A stretch of 64,000 nucleotides of DNA from an uncultured Acidobacteriota bacterium (GTDB lineage Bacteria; Acidobacteriota; UBA6911; RPQK01; JAPXNP01). The notes under the pieces are model-generated. The model did no database searches and had not been told where the DNA came from. It worked only from the letters and a program-made list of their open reading frames with translations. The stretch lies in contig CAVZRV010000029.1 in the NCBI GenBank assembly GCA_963777605.1, positions 128,001 through 192,000 on the forward strand, read 5' to 3'. Of this stretch, positions 1 to 9,588 are shown one piece after another. The translations under genes and the position numbers were made by a program. How positions within the stretch are numbered: position 1 is the stretch's first letter; each line of letters starts with the position of its first letter.

Positions 1-50
1 GGCAGAGATTAACGTAGGCCCATTCTCATCACTCGGTCAGGAGCGTCATT

Positions 51-1670
51 ATGTTGACAATAAAATCGCGGATCCGCCGTTCCGGGACGATTGGGCGGCG
101 CAGGCTGTTGGGTGCAGGGGGCTTGGCCGCTGCTGGAAGCCTCCTTCCGTCAACCTCGGCGGCGGGGGCTGGTTCCGGGCTTGAAGCAGCCGTTGATGCC
201 AGCATTTATCTCCCCCTTGGAGTTCGCCCGATGATCAACTGTAAGGGGACTTTCACGATCATTACCGGATCGCGGAGCCTTCCCGAGGTGAAGCGTGCCA
301 TGCTGCTTGCTTCACAGGAGTATGTTCACCTGGATGAACTGATGGATGCGGTGAGCGCGCGACTGGCGGCGCTGACTGGAGCGGAGTGGGGAATCGTGAC
401 GGCAGGATGCTCCGCAGCAGAGACGCTCGCGACGTGCTCGGCGATCGCCGGGGGTAACCCGGAGAACATCCAGCGTCTTCCCGACCTGACGGGCCTGAAG
501 GACGAGATAATCATCCCGGCCTATTCGAGAAATGTCTATGATCACGCCATCCGGATGCTGGGAGTTCGCATTCTGACGGTGGCGAGCCTGAACGAAATGG
601 AATCGGCCCTTGGGCCCAGGACCGCGATGGTTTATGTCCTGGCCTGTCCCGAAGACCAGGGCCCCCTGGGACTGGAACCACTGGCACGGATGGCCCACCG
701 GTACGATGTCCCGGTACTGGTCGATGCCGCAGCAGAGAACCTGACGCCCGAGATCCATCTGAGGCGGGGTGCCGACCTGGTGGCCTACAGCGGGGGCAAA
801 GCCCTTCGCGGACCTCAGGCGGCCGGCTTGTTGTTGGGGAGGAAAGATCTTTGCCGGGCGGCCTGGCTGAACAGTGCACCTCACCATGCCTTTGGGCGTT
901 CCATGAAGGTGGGCAAGGAAGAAATCATGGGGATGCTGGCGGCCGTCGAGGGTTGGTACCAGCGAGATCACGAGGCCGAGTGGCGGCAGTGGGAATCCTG
1001 GCTGGGCACGATTGCCGACTCGGTCACACAGATTCCGGGTGTGGAGACTCGGGTGGTGCAGCCGGAGAGCCTGTCAAACAATGCCCCACGTCTCCGCATC
1101 AGTTGGGAGACCTGTCGGCTTGGAATCGGTGGCAACGACGTATACGATCGGCTGCTGGCCGGAGAACCCCGAATTATTCTGGCCGGTGGCAGGGGGACGA
1201 TTCAGGACTGTCCCGGCGGAGATTCAGAGAGCTGGGTGGAAGTCATGCCGTGGATGATGGGGCCGGGCGACGACCGGGTGGTCGCGGAACATCTGAGTGG
1301 CGTGCTGAGCCGCCCACCCCAAATTGCCAGGGTGGAGCGTCCGGCGGGTGAACCTGCCCGCGTGGACGGTTCCTGGGAAGTGGAACTGGCTTTCGTGCGC
1401 GGATCGGATCACCACCTGCTCTATCTGGAACAGGATGGCCACCGGCTGACCGGGCGACACCGGGGACGAACCCTGGAAGGGAACCTCCAGGGCGAGGTTC
1501 ACGGAAACCAGATCGGATTCCGAAGTTCTCAGCCATACGAGGGCACGCGGCTGCACTTCGACTTCCAGGGCACTGTGAGCGGGGAGTCGATGTCGGGATC
1601 GGTAGAGATGGGTGAATACGGACCCGCGGAGTGGTCTGCGCGCCGGCTGGATTACTCTTCGGGGGCTTGA
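51..1670 (+). CDS. SelA/DgaE-like PLP-dependent enzyme with Tat signal and extra C-terminal beta-rich domain
   Basis: INCKGTFTIITGS, GCSAA, VLVDAAAE, YSGGKALRGPQ (PLP Lys) and GRSMKVGKEE motifs; GRRRLLG twin-arginine leader; AGGAG SD. Confidence 0.8.
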   Translation: MLTIKSRIRRSGTIGRRRLLGAGGLAAAGSLLPSTSAAGAGSGLEAAVDASIYLPLGVRPMINCKGTFTIITGSRSLPEVKRAMLLASQEYVHLDELMDAVSARLAALTGAEWGIVTAGCSAAETLATCSAIAGGNPENIQRLPDLTGLKDEIIIPAYSRNVYDHAIRMLGVRILTVASLNEMESALGPRTAMVYVLACPEDQGPLGLEPLARMAHRYDVPVLVDAAAENLTPEIHLRRGADLVAYSGGKALRGPQAAGLLLGRKDLCRAAWLNSAPHHAFGRSMKVGKEEIMGMLAAVEGWYQRDHEAEWRQWESWLGTIADSVTQIPGVETRVVQPESLSNNAPRLRISWETCRLGIGGNDVYDRLLAGEPRIILAGGRGTIQDCPGGDSESWVEVMPWMMGPGDDRVVAEHLSGVLSRPPQIARVERPAGEPARVDGSWEVELAFVRGSDHHLLYLEQDGHRLTGRHRGRTLEGNLQGEVHGNQIGFRSSQPYEGTRLHFDFQGTVSGESMSGSVEMGEYGPAEWSARRLDYSSGA

Positions 1671-1711
1671 GCGTGCGGACGTAAAGCAACAGCAACGGAA
1701 GGACAAAGGGG

Positions 1712-2842
1712 ATGAAATCAGGGCATTTGAACCGGCGTGGGTTTCTGGCGCTTTCGACCGGACTGGCCGGGACTGCGCGAACGGTGGCGTTCGGGCAGGG
1801 AGGGGCCGCGAGGGAAGCAGGGCCCAAACTGGACTGGCGCGACCTCCAGGATTGGGGAGTGGAAGGTCGGGGCTGGATTGATCAGAACCGCTATCGTTAC
1901 TATGACCGCCTTCCCGCCAAGGCCGAGAAGATGGTCCGGGACGCGGTGTGGAGCCTGAGCCGGGATTCAGCTGGGATGATGGCAAGGTTCGAGACCGATT
2001 CTCCGGAGATTCACGTCCGCTACCAGTTGTTCCGAAGTCGTCTGGCGATGTCCCACATGCCGGCGACGGGAGTGAGCGGGATCGACCTCTATGGCCTCGA
2101 CCCGGCCGGAAGCTGGCGCTGGATTGCGGTAGCACGTCCCGAATCGATCCATGTGCGGACCCGCTTGGCGGGAGGATTGGATCCGGGCACCCGAAAGTAC
2201 TCACTCTATCTCCCGCTCTACAACGGTGTTGACTCGGTTGAGATCGGAGTCGTCAAGGGAAGCCGGTTCGAGGGGATCCAGCCCCGATCGGAGAGACCGG
2301 TGGTGTATTACGGAACTTCAATCACTCACGGGGCCTGCGCATCGCGACCCGGGATGCCGCACCCGGCCATTCTGGGCCGCCGTCTCGACCTTCCGTCGAT
2401 TAATCTCGGGTTTTCGGGGAATGGTCGAATGGAAGCGGAAGTAGGAGCGTTGCTGTGCGAACTCGGGCCCTCGGTATTCGTGATCGATTGCCTGCCCAAC
2501 ATGAACGCCGATGAAGTCCGGGAACGGACCGTTCCGCTGGTCCGGCAGCTCAAGAAGGCGCTTCCTGAGTCACCGGTCATTCTCGTGGAGGATCGCAGCT
2601 TCACCAATTCCTGGGTGCTCGGCGAACGCCGGGAGCACCATCGCCGCAGCCGGGAAGAGTTGCGCAAGGCTTTCGAGCAGCTCCAGGCGGAGTCGATTTC
2701 CGGTCTGTTCTATCTTGAAGGCGAGCACCTGCTCGGGGACGACAGTGAGGGCGCAACCGATGGGTCCCATCCTTCCGATCTCGGGTTCATGAGGCAGGCC
2801 GACGCGTTCGAACCGGTCATCCGAAAGGCGCTTGCGTTCTGA
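1712..2842 (+). CDS. SGNH/GDSL hydrolase with N-terminal accessory domain, Tat-exported
   Basis: YGTSITHG block I, NLGFSGNG, DCLPN, DGSHPSD; NRRGFL Tat motif. Confidence 0.85.
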   Translation: MKSGHLNRRGFLALSTGLAGTARTVAFGQGGAAREAGPKLDWRDLQDWGVEGRGWIDQNRYRYYDRLPAKAEKMVRDAVWSLSRDSAGMMARFETDSPEIHVRYQLFRSRLAMSHMPATGVSGIDLYGLDPAGSWRWIAVARPESIHVRTRLAGGLDPGTRKYSLYLPLYNGVDSVEIGVVKGSRFEGIQPRSERPVVYYGTSITHGACASRPGMPHPAILGRRLDLPSINLGFSGNGRMEAEVGALLCELGPSVFVIDCLPNMNADEVRERTVPLVRQLKKALPESPVILVEDRSFTNSWVLGERREHHRRSREELRKAFEQLQAESISGLFYLEGEHLLGDDSEGATDGSHPSDLGFMRQADAFEPVIRKALAF

Positions 2843-2882
2843 ACACCGAGGGATCGCTAAAACGGTTCACGTGCAGCCAGTT

Positions 2883-3110
2883 GCACTCACTGTGGTCCTG
2901 GTCGTAAATCCCACAATTTGGAGTGCTGGAAGCGACCGCTTCCGCTCTTGCCCAACGCGGAATGGTTCGGCCTCAGTCAGGAAGCGAAAGCTTCCGTTGC
3001 CCGTTAATGGATCCGCGCGTGTCACGGATTTTGGAGGCGTTCATGCCGCGCCATTCTCCCGGATGCCTCCGCCGGGGACTTGGACTCGGCAGGAGGGTTT
3101 GAGGCCCCGT
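2883..3110. repeat. Cluster of intergenic hairpins (REP-like palindromes)
   Basis: TGGAGTGC (2919-2926) followed by GGAAGC-GACC-GCTTCC (2928-2943); GGAAGC-GAAA-GCTTCC (2980-2995); GCACTC/GAGTGC and GGAGGCGT/ATGCCTCC stems. Confidence 0.5.
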
Positions 3111-3263
3111 CCGCTTGAGGTTTCCTGATGTCGCAACCGCGGCACAATCGAGGAGCTTTTCCCTGATTCCTCTGCAAGCAGATCCTGTCAGGGAGTGGCT
3201 GAATTCCGGGATTATCCATCTAAGATTTATCTCATCAATGGATTACAGGGACGATTCGATGAG

Positions 3264-3279
3264 TGGCACAGAAGTTGCT
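3264..3279 (+). promoter_or_regulatory. Sigma-54 (-24/-12) promoter of the Crp/Fnr gene
   Basis: TGGCAC-AGAAG-TTGCT with exact GG-N10-GC spacing, 72 bp before the ATG. Confidence 0.7.
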
Positions 3280-3351
3280 TTTCCGTTCAGCGGTGAAACT
3301 TGTGTGCCTGGTTTGTGAGAATGGAAATTCGGAACCTGGGAATCCCTCAAG

Positions 3352-4050
3352 ATGAAATGTGCAGTTCAAGAAACATGGAAGACACCTTCGGAAGATCCGG
3401 AATCTCCGCGCTCACTCCTTGCCGACGGGCCCTTTAAGTCACTGGCGCACACTTGTCTCCCAGTGAGGTTCTGCCCAAAAGGAAATTGGCTCGTCACTCA
3501 GACAGACCGAATGGACTGCCTGTACATCGTTCAGGAAGGCCGCATGATGCTGACCCGGATGTCCTCGTCCGGGAAGGAGGTCATTCTCGATTTCGTTGGC
3601 CCGGGGCAGTTCTTTGGAGACGTCCCTCTTCTCAACGGGGGAGAATCGCCCTTTAATGCCCTGGCCATACAGCCGACGGCACTTCTTGTAGTCCGCAGAC
3701 TTGCTTTTACTACAGTCCTCGAGGATCCGGCGGCGGCCCGTGACCTGATGGTGGTGTTGGCGGGCCGGTGTCGAAGCGCATGGGAGCAAGTCGAACTGCT
3801 GGGTTGCGGTTCCCTGTCAGAGCGTCTGAACGCCGCGCTTCTGAGGCTGTGTCGGGAGCACGGTGTCCGGACATCTGAAGGGATCGAGATCCCGGTCAAC
3901 CAGTCGCAATTGGCATCGATGGTCGGGGTCACCCGCGAAAGCCTCAACCGGCAGATTCGGGACCTCAGGGAGCGAACTGTTCTTCAGATCAAAAAGGGCC
4001 CGCATCGGACTTCGGTGATCGTCAAAGAACCTGACCAGCTTTTCCAGTGA
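3352..4050 (+). CDS. Crp/Fnr-family transcriptional regulator
   Basis: cNMP-binding fold (LYIVQEG, GPGQFFGD) and HTH QSQLASMVGVTRESLNR. Confidence 0.9.
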   Translation: MKCAVQETWKTPSEDPESPRSLLADGPFKSLAHTCLPVRFCPKGNWLVTQTDRMDCLYIVQEGRMMLTRMSSSGKEVILDFVGPGQFFGDVPLLNGGESPFNALAIQPTALLVVRRLAFTTVLEDPAAARDLMVVLAGRCRSAWEQVELLGCGSLSERLNAALLRLCREHGVRTSEGIEIPVNQSQLASMVGVTRESLNRQIRDLRERTVLQIKKGPHRTSVIVKEPDQLFQ

Positions 4051-4083
4051 ACCCAATGCCATTGATTCCGGGCGAACCAACGG

Positions 4084-5478
4084 TTACCGGGGTCGGATTC
4101 TGATTTGCCCCAGCGGGTACCATCCGTCGGGGCGGCGGCCCTCGATGGCGAGCTTCACGGCCGGTTTCTCTGTACGCTCGTCGAGGATGGCGATGTCCAG
4201 GTCGTATTGTCCGGGTGCCGTGTCGTAAGGGACAAAAACGGAACCGTCAAGGACGGAATCGCCGGGCAGCCAGCTGCGGACGTCACCATCGGTCACGAGG
4301 ATGGATTCCGATTTGCTGTCGCGGATTCTGAGGGCGACCCGGAAACTCCGGTAGCAGGGGGCGACGCCGAGGTTCTCCCACCAGCTCGTATATGAGAGTT
4401 TACCGTTGGCCGCTACCTCGGCGGGATATGTGAACTTCCTGAGAACGAACCGGTAGCCCATCTTCTTGAGCCAATGGTCCACGTTCGGTTCCCACTCCTT
4501 CGGAACCGGCGATGATTTGGCATTGAACGACGAGATGTGCCACTTCAGGGACTCGTCGATGATGTGGTCGACGTCCCAACCTTCCTCGAGCCATTTGCCC
4601 ATCACCCAGCAGATCTCCATGGTCACCGGAGCCTTCTCCCAGGCATCGGCCATCCCGAAGTTGATGATTGCCTCCGGGTAGTAGTCGTTCATGTGGGACC
4701 AGATCGGGCTGAATCCACCCATGTCTCCGAGGCAGTCGACTCGCCAGCCGACGTCGCGGCGGGAAAGCCCGTACCGGTTGGTCTTCCCGTCGGTTAGAAG
4801 CATCACCAGGGGGGTCTTTCGGAAGGAGTCGGTATAGGAATCGACCAACGCCTCTCGAGTCGCCTGGGATAGCAGCTCCGATCCGGCTCCTTCCCCCCAC
4901 GCTCCGACGATGGACACGTCAACGCTTTCCAGGTCCGGGTGGTCATCGTAACGTTGCCCGAGGGCCCGGATGAGACCGCCGAAGTACATGACGTAGCGCG
5001 GGTCCTCCGGGTTGGTCTGCCACTTCTCCTCGGGTTGCGGCTCCTCTTTGCCGACCATGGTTCGGTACCAGTCCGGCACGTCCCGCTCGAGGCCCGTTCC
5101 ATAGGGGGCAATCCTCAACATCAGAGATTGTCCTCTTTCATGAGCCGTATTGAGGGCCCGGTCGATCAGGTCCCATCGGTAAACGCCGGCTTCCGGCTCC
5201 ACGAATTTCCAGTAGACGCGGAAGTAGGCGATCGAGGTGTCGGGATAGTGATCGTTGGCGAGATCGCCGTCCCATTGCTGGTACTCAATTGGAAAGCCTT
5301 CGGTCCAGCCCAGGCCGGCGTTGAGATCGTCTCCGTTGAACCGTTGAAACGTCATGAACCCGATTCCAGGGTTGACGAGAACATCGTCGATTTCGGCGGG
5401 GCGGACGATTACCTCGCCCTGGGCCGGCAGGAGGGAACAGTTCACGAAGACTACGAAAATCCACGTAGCGATGCGCAT
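4084..5478 (-). CDS. Secreted DUF4832-domain putative glycoside hydrolase (TIM barrel)
   Basis: Signal peptide MRIATWIFVV; NPGIGF, YFRVYWKFVEPEAGVYRW, GAWGEG, MGYRFVL, WWENLGVAP; start moved to 5478. Confidence 0.7.
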   Translation of the reverse strand: MRIATWIFVVFVNCSLLPAQGEVIVRPAEIDDVLVNPGIGFMTFQRFNGDDLNAGLGWTEGFPIEYQQWDGDLANDHYPDTSIAYFRVYWKFVEPEAGVYRWDLIDRALNTAHERGQSLMLRIAPYGTGLERDVPDWYRTMVGKEEPQPEEKWQTNPEDPRYVMYFGGLIRALGQRYDDHPDLESVDVSIVGAWGEGAGSELLSQATREALVDSYTDSFRKTPLVMLLTDGKTNRYGLSRRDVGWRVDCLGDMGGFSPIWSHMNDYYPEAIINFGMADAWEKAPVTMEICWVMGKWLEEGWDVDHIIDESLKWHISSFNAKSSPVPKEWEPNVDHWLKKMGYRFVLRKFTYPAEVAANGKLSYTSWWENLGVAPCYRSFRVALRIRDSKSESILVTDGDVRSWLPGDSVLDGSVFVPYDTAPGQYDLDIAILDERTEKPAVKLAIEGRRPDGWYPLGQIRIRPR

Positions 5479-5485
5479 GATGGTC

Positions 5486-6712
5486 CTACTTCCAAAGCGG
5501 AGCGGCCCGTCCGTTGAGGTCCCAGACAACTTCCCCGTCTCGGAGAACGAGCTCGCACTCCAGTTTTTGACTCCCGGTTATCTTCGCTCCCTCGGAGTCG
5601 ATGAAGCCGAAGCTTCCTTTCTTGAGGCTCAGGACGGCGATGTCGGCTCCTGCGCCCGGGCTGAGATGCCCCAGTTCCTCGTGTCCGATCTCCCGGGCCG
5701 GAGCCCAGGTCGCCTTCAGAATCACATCCTGGGTCGACATCCCCAGGTTGAGAAATTTCGACATGATGTTCAGGAGATCTTTCATCCCGGCGTTCATGCT
5801 ATGGGCGTGCAGGTCGGTTGAAATCGAATCCGGGGGGAACCCCGCCTTCATTGCCGGCACGACCTGGCGGTAAACGAATGAGCCGGCGCCATGACCGACA
5901 TCAAAGATGATCCCCCGGGCTCGGGCTTCGGGCGCGAACGCCTGGAGCCGGCCGCTCGGGTCGACGAGGGGTTCCCGGCCCGCGACATGCGCGTAGGCGT
6001 GAGTGAGGATATCTCCCGGGCGGAGGTGTTCGATCAGAAGGTCTCGCAACGAGAGCGGGGGACGGCTCGAACCGAAATCGACCATTACCGGGATCCCGGC
6101 GATCCTGCCGGCTTCCACCGCCCGATCGACAGGGGTCCACTCGGGGCCCTGGTAATGGGCGACCTTTATGCCGACGATCAGGTCTTTGAACTGGGTGGCC
6201 CGCATCGCCGTCAGCTTGGCGTCCATGTCGGAGAGGTCCTGTTCAATCGGCCCTCCTTTCATTCCGTTGCCGACAATGTTCAGGAAGGCCAGGACCCGGG
6301 TCTGCGACCGATCGATGGTCTGACGTTTGAACTGCTCGAAGTTTCGCCAGCCCGCCCCACCCGCGTCGACCATTGTCGTGACTCCGCTCCGAAAGCTGAA
6401 TCCGTCGGGAGCGACGGCGTAGTAGCCATCACTGTAGTCGGCGTTCTCCTCGGTGCCGTAAAACAGGTGGGCATGAATGTCCACCAGCCCGGGGACTACG
6501 AGGAGTCCGTCCACCGGGACGACTTTCCCGGCGGACTCCTCGGGAATCGACTCGGCGATCCGCACAATCTTGCCGTCGCGAATGCCTACATCTGCCACGG
6601 TGTCTACGGCGTTCTTGGGGTCAACAATGTGACCTCCTTTGAGAACCAGGTCGTAAGGTTTCTGTTGTGCCCACAGAGAAGCTGTCAGCAGGACCGGCAC
6701 AAGCATTTTCAT
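5486..6712 (-). CDS. Secreted amidohydrolase/deacetylase (dihydroorotase-like, EF_0837 type)
   Basis: PGLVDIHAH, SGVTTMVDAG, GIKVAH, LRPGDILTH, FDVGHGAGSF, ISTDLH; Sec signal MKMLVPVLLTASLWA with GGAGG SD. Confidence 0.85.
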   Translation of the reverse strand: MKMLVPVLLTASLWAQQKPYDLVLKGGHIVDPKNAVDTVADVGIRDGKIVRIAESIPEESAGKVVPVDGLLVVPGLVDIHAHLFYGTEENADYSDGYYAVAPDGFSFRSGVTTMVDAGGAGWRNFEQFKRQTIDRSQTRVLAFLNIVGNGMKGGPIEQDLSDMDAKLTAMRATQFKDLIVGIKVAHYQGPEWTPVDRAVEAGRIAGIPVMVDFGSSRPPLSLRDLLIEHLRPGDILTHAYAHVAGREPLVDPSGRLQAFAPEARARGIIFDVGHGAGSFVYRQVVPAMKAGFPPDSISTDLHAHSMNAGMKDLLNIMSKFLNLGMSTQDVILKATWAPAREIGHEELGHLSPGAGADIAVLSLKKGSFGFIDSEGAKITGSQKLECELVLRDGEVVWDLNGRAAPLWK

Positions 6713-6756
6713 CTTTGCCCTCCCTCTCATTGAGTCGGAAGCGATCAAGGCAATTA

Positions 6757-7017
6757 TTAACTGATCCGGACCTGATTCCGGCCGGAATCCTTGGCTTCGT
6801 AGAGCGCTTCGTCAGCCCGTTTGAACAGGGACTCCAGAGTGTCGTCCGGACGGGCGATGGTCGCCCCGATGGATACGGTTGGGCAGATGCGGATTTTGCC
6901 GAAGGGTACCGAGATGCTCGAGATCAAGCCTCGCAACCGTTCTGCCATCTGGTGCAGTTTCTCCCTTTCCACCCCGCGATACAAGCCGACGAACTCCTCT
7001 CCGCCCCACCTCGGCAC
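6757..7017 (-). pseudogene. C-terminal remnant of a GGDEF diguanylate cyclase
   Basis: RWGGEEF...TVSIG...KRADEALYEAKDSGRN; in-frame stop immediately upstream and no N-terminal half. Confidence 0.8.
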
Positions 7018-7247
7018 TCATCGAATTGTCAGGGTTTGGTGACTTAAAAGCGAGTGAAGATTGCTCTTCGCTCTGGAGTATTGCGGTGTTGCGGTGTTGT
7101 GGATCGGCGGCGACGCTGTTCGGTTTGACCGCTTTCTTCCGTGCTTTCAATTCCCACCTCCTGCGCTCGAATCTCAAAGGCTGGCAGGGTATGAATAAGC
7201 GAGACTCATGAATTCGTCAAGGCCAAATCCGGAACCCTGGAAATCTG

Positions 7248-8288
7248 CTACCGGCTCAGGACTTCGCAGCCCGTGGCGGTCACGGTGACGACTTCTTCAA
7301 GGCGGATGCCGAATTCTCCCGGCAGGTAGATGCCGGGCTCTACGGTGAAAACCATTCCGGGAACCAGGACCCCTTCACCGTGTGGGGAGATCCGAGGCAA
7401 CTCGTGCACTTCCAGTCCGAGACCGTGGCCGGTGCCGTGCCCGAAGTGCTTTCCATAGCCGGCGTCGGCGATAACAGTTCGGGCGGCTGCGTCGGCGGCA
7501 ACAACGGAGACCCCCGGGCGTACGGCGGCGATGGTCGCCTGCTGGGCCTCCCGCACAACCTCGTACACTTCGCGCACCCGACTGTGGCCGGGCAGGACGA
7601 CCCGCGTCAGGTCACTGCAGTAGGAGTCGAGACGGGCGCCGAAATCGACGAGCAGGACTTCCTCCTGGGAGATCTGTCGTGAGCCGGCAACGCCATGGGG
7701 AAGCGCACTGCGGGGTCCCGAAGCGACAATCGTATCAAAGGGAGCCCCGGAGCTTCCCCGGGTCCGACAGATGAACTCCAAAGAGGCTGCCGCTGCGGTC
7801 TCCGTAGATGTCCAGTCGAGTCGCTCGACAAACTCCGCGAAGGCCTGGTTCGCCAGCCGGCATGCCGACTGGACTTTCTCGACCTCGGAGTCGGATTTTA
7901 CCGCTCGAAGTTCCTCGATGAGGCCGTAAGTCGGGACTGGATGCCAGTCGTCGCACCAGGACGATATGGTCAGTGCGATCGAGTGGGACATACGCTCTGC
8001 CTCAATGCCGATTCTCTTGGTGAAAGGCAGCAAAGACCGGAGGTCGGAGCCGAACGGGTTTGCGGAAAGCTGGATCCGGCAATGGGCAGTCTCGTTTCGG
8101 GCCTGTTCCAGGTACCGGGAATCGACGATGAGTACGGCCTCACCTTCGAGCCAAAGCGCGACCCCAAACGATCCGCTGAACCCGAACAGGTAATACAGGT
8201 TTGGGGGATGAGTAATCAAAAGGCCGTCGAGCTCCACCTTGTGAAGCCGACGGCCAAGTCGTTCAAGTCTGAGTTCTCTTTCCGTCAC
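7248..8288 (-). CDS. Xaa-Pro aminopeptidase (M24B)
   Basis: Creatinase N-domain; SALPHG, DFG, YCSDLTR, HGTGHGLGLEVHE, TVEPGIY, GIRLEE. Confidence 0.9.
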   Translation of the reverse strand: MTERELRLERLGRRLHKVELDGLLITHPPNLYYLFGFSGSFGVALWLEGEAVLIVDSRYLEQARNETAHCRIQLSANPFGSDLRSLLPFTKRIGIEAERMSHSIALTISSWCDDWHPVPTYGLIEELRAVKSDSEVEKVQSACRLANQAFAEFVERLDWTSTETAAAASLEFICRTRGSSGAPFDTIVASGPRSALPHGVAGSRQISQEEVLLVDFGARLDSYCSDLTRVVLPGHSRVREVYEVVREAQQATIAAVRPGVSVVAADAAARTVIADAGYGKHFGHGTGHGLGLEVHELPRISPHGEGVLVPGMVFTVEPGIYLPGEFGIRLEEVVTVTATGCEVLSR

Positions 8289-8290
8289 TT

Positions 8291-9580
8291 CTAAAGATTC
8301 TTGATCCGGGGAGTGATGAAGAAGAGAATCTCTCTGGTTTCCCGTTCCTTTGAATCCCGCTTGAAAAGGTGGCCAACGACCGGGATGTCGCCAAGCCCGG
8401 GGACCTTGTTCTTGGAGTCCCGGTCGGTTTCCACGAAGATCCCGCCGATCACGGTGGTCTCACCGTCGGAAACCATGACACGGGTCTGGGATTCACTGGT
8501 CAGGATGGTCGGAATCCCCAGTACGGTCTGCGAGAAGTCGGGGACGTTGTTCTCCACCTTGATGTTCATCGAGATCGTCTTCTCCTCGGTGATCTGAGGC
8601 GTCACGGTCAACTGGAGGGCCGCAATCTCGTAACGAACGGTTGTGGTGAAGTTAATCTGCACGGGGATCGGGATCTTGGCCCCCTGGGTGATCTTCGCTT
8701 CGGCGTTGTTCTGAGCGCTCACCCGCGGCTTGGACAAGATCCTGGCGTCGCCGGTGTTTTCGGCAGCCGTGATAATGGCATCCAGGCGGAATGTGTCGAG
8801 CGCTTTTCCGGAAGTAAAGAATCCGGCCGCATTGGGCTCTTCAGCGGGAGTGACGACCGCCAGTCCACCCTGGTTCCGATCAAATTCGTTTCCGAAGACG
8901 AATCCCAGTTCCATGCCCAGTTCCCGGGCGAATCGGGTGGTCGCCTCAATGATCCGAGCCTCGATCTCGACCTGCTTTTCCGGTACATCCAGTGCCTCGA
9001 CCAGGTTGTTGATTCGGTTCACGCCTTCCGGCACGTCCGTGATGATCAGGGTATTGGTGCGCTTGTCGACGTTGATCTGTCCCCGCTCGCTCAGCTGTTT
9101 CTCAAACGATGGAAGCAGTTCCTCTCCGCTGGCATAGCTGAGCTGGCGCGTGACGGTCATGGTGTCCTTGGCCAGAAAGGATGCTCGTTTCAATGCCTGG
9201 GCTGCTTCTTCTTCCTGCTTCAATTTGGTCTTCGTCGAGATCCGGACCATGTTGCCGTCGATGGAACGGGCCAGCCCGTGGCTGTGAAGTACTGCGTCGA
9301 AGAGTTGATCCCACGGCACCTGTTCGACGTTTATGGTGACTGACCCAGCAACATCGGGATCGATGAGGATGTTCAGTCCGCTCAACTCGGACATGGCCCG
9401 GAAGAAATCCACCAGGGAGACGTTCACGAATTTCAAGGAGACGGGTTCCCCCTGATAGTCGCCCTGCGACGCGGGTAAGACCGGCTTGTTTGCTGAGTGC
9501 AAGCTCGGTCCCGTGAGGGTGCTGATACTCAGAAACAATGAAACAAGAAAAGCGGGACTTCTTAGCTTGTGTCTCGTCAT
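8291..9580 (-). CDS. pilQ: Type IV pilus secretin (short, no AMIN domains)
   Basis: VPWDQ N0 domain, DKRTNTLII, QVEIEARIIE, KVPGLGDIPVVGHLF, FITPRI; last pil gene after pilMNOP. Confidence 0.9.
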   Translation of the reverse strand: MTRHKLRSPAFLVSLFLSISTLTGPSLHSANKPVLPASQGDYQGEPVSLKFVNVSLVDFFRAMSELSGLNILIDPDVAGSVTINVEQVPWDQLFDAVLHSHGLARSIDGNMVRISTKTKLKQEEEAAQALKRASFLAKDTMTVTRQLSYASGEELLPSFEKQLSERGQINVDKRTNTLIITDVPEGVNRINNLVEALDVPEKQVEIEARIIEATTRFARELGMELGFVFGNEFDRNQGGLAVVTPAEEPNAAGFFTSGKALDTFRLDAIITAAENTGDARILSKPRVSAQNNAEAKITQGAKIPIPVQINFTTTVRYEIAALQLTVTPQITEEKTISMNIKVENNVPDFSQTVLGIPTILTSESQTRVMVSDGETTVIGGIFVETDRDSKNKVPGLGDIPVVGHLFKRDSKERETREILFFITPRIKNL

Positions 9581-9588
9581 GGTATGAC

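Noticed and set aside
51-1670. True selA / selenocysteine system
   Set aside because: Tat signal present; no selB, selD or tRNA-Sec in the window
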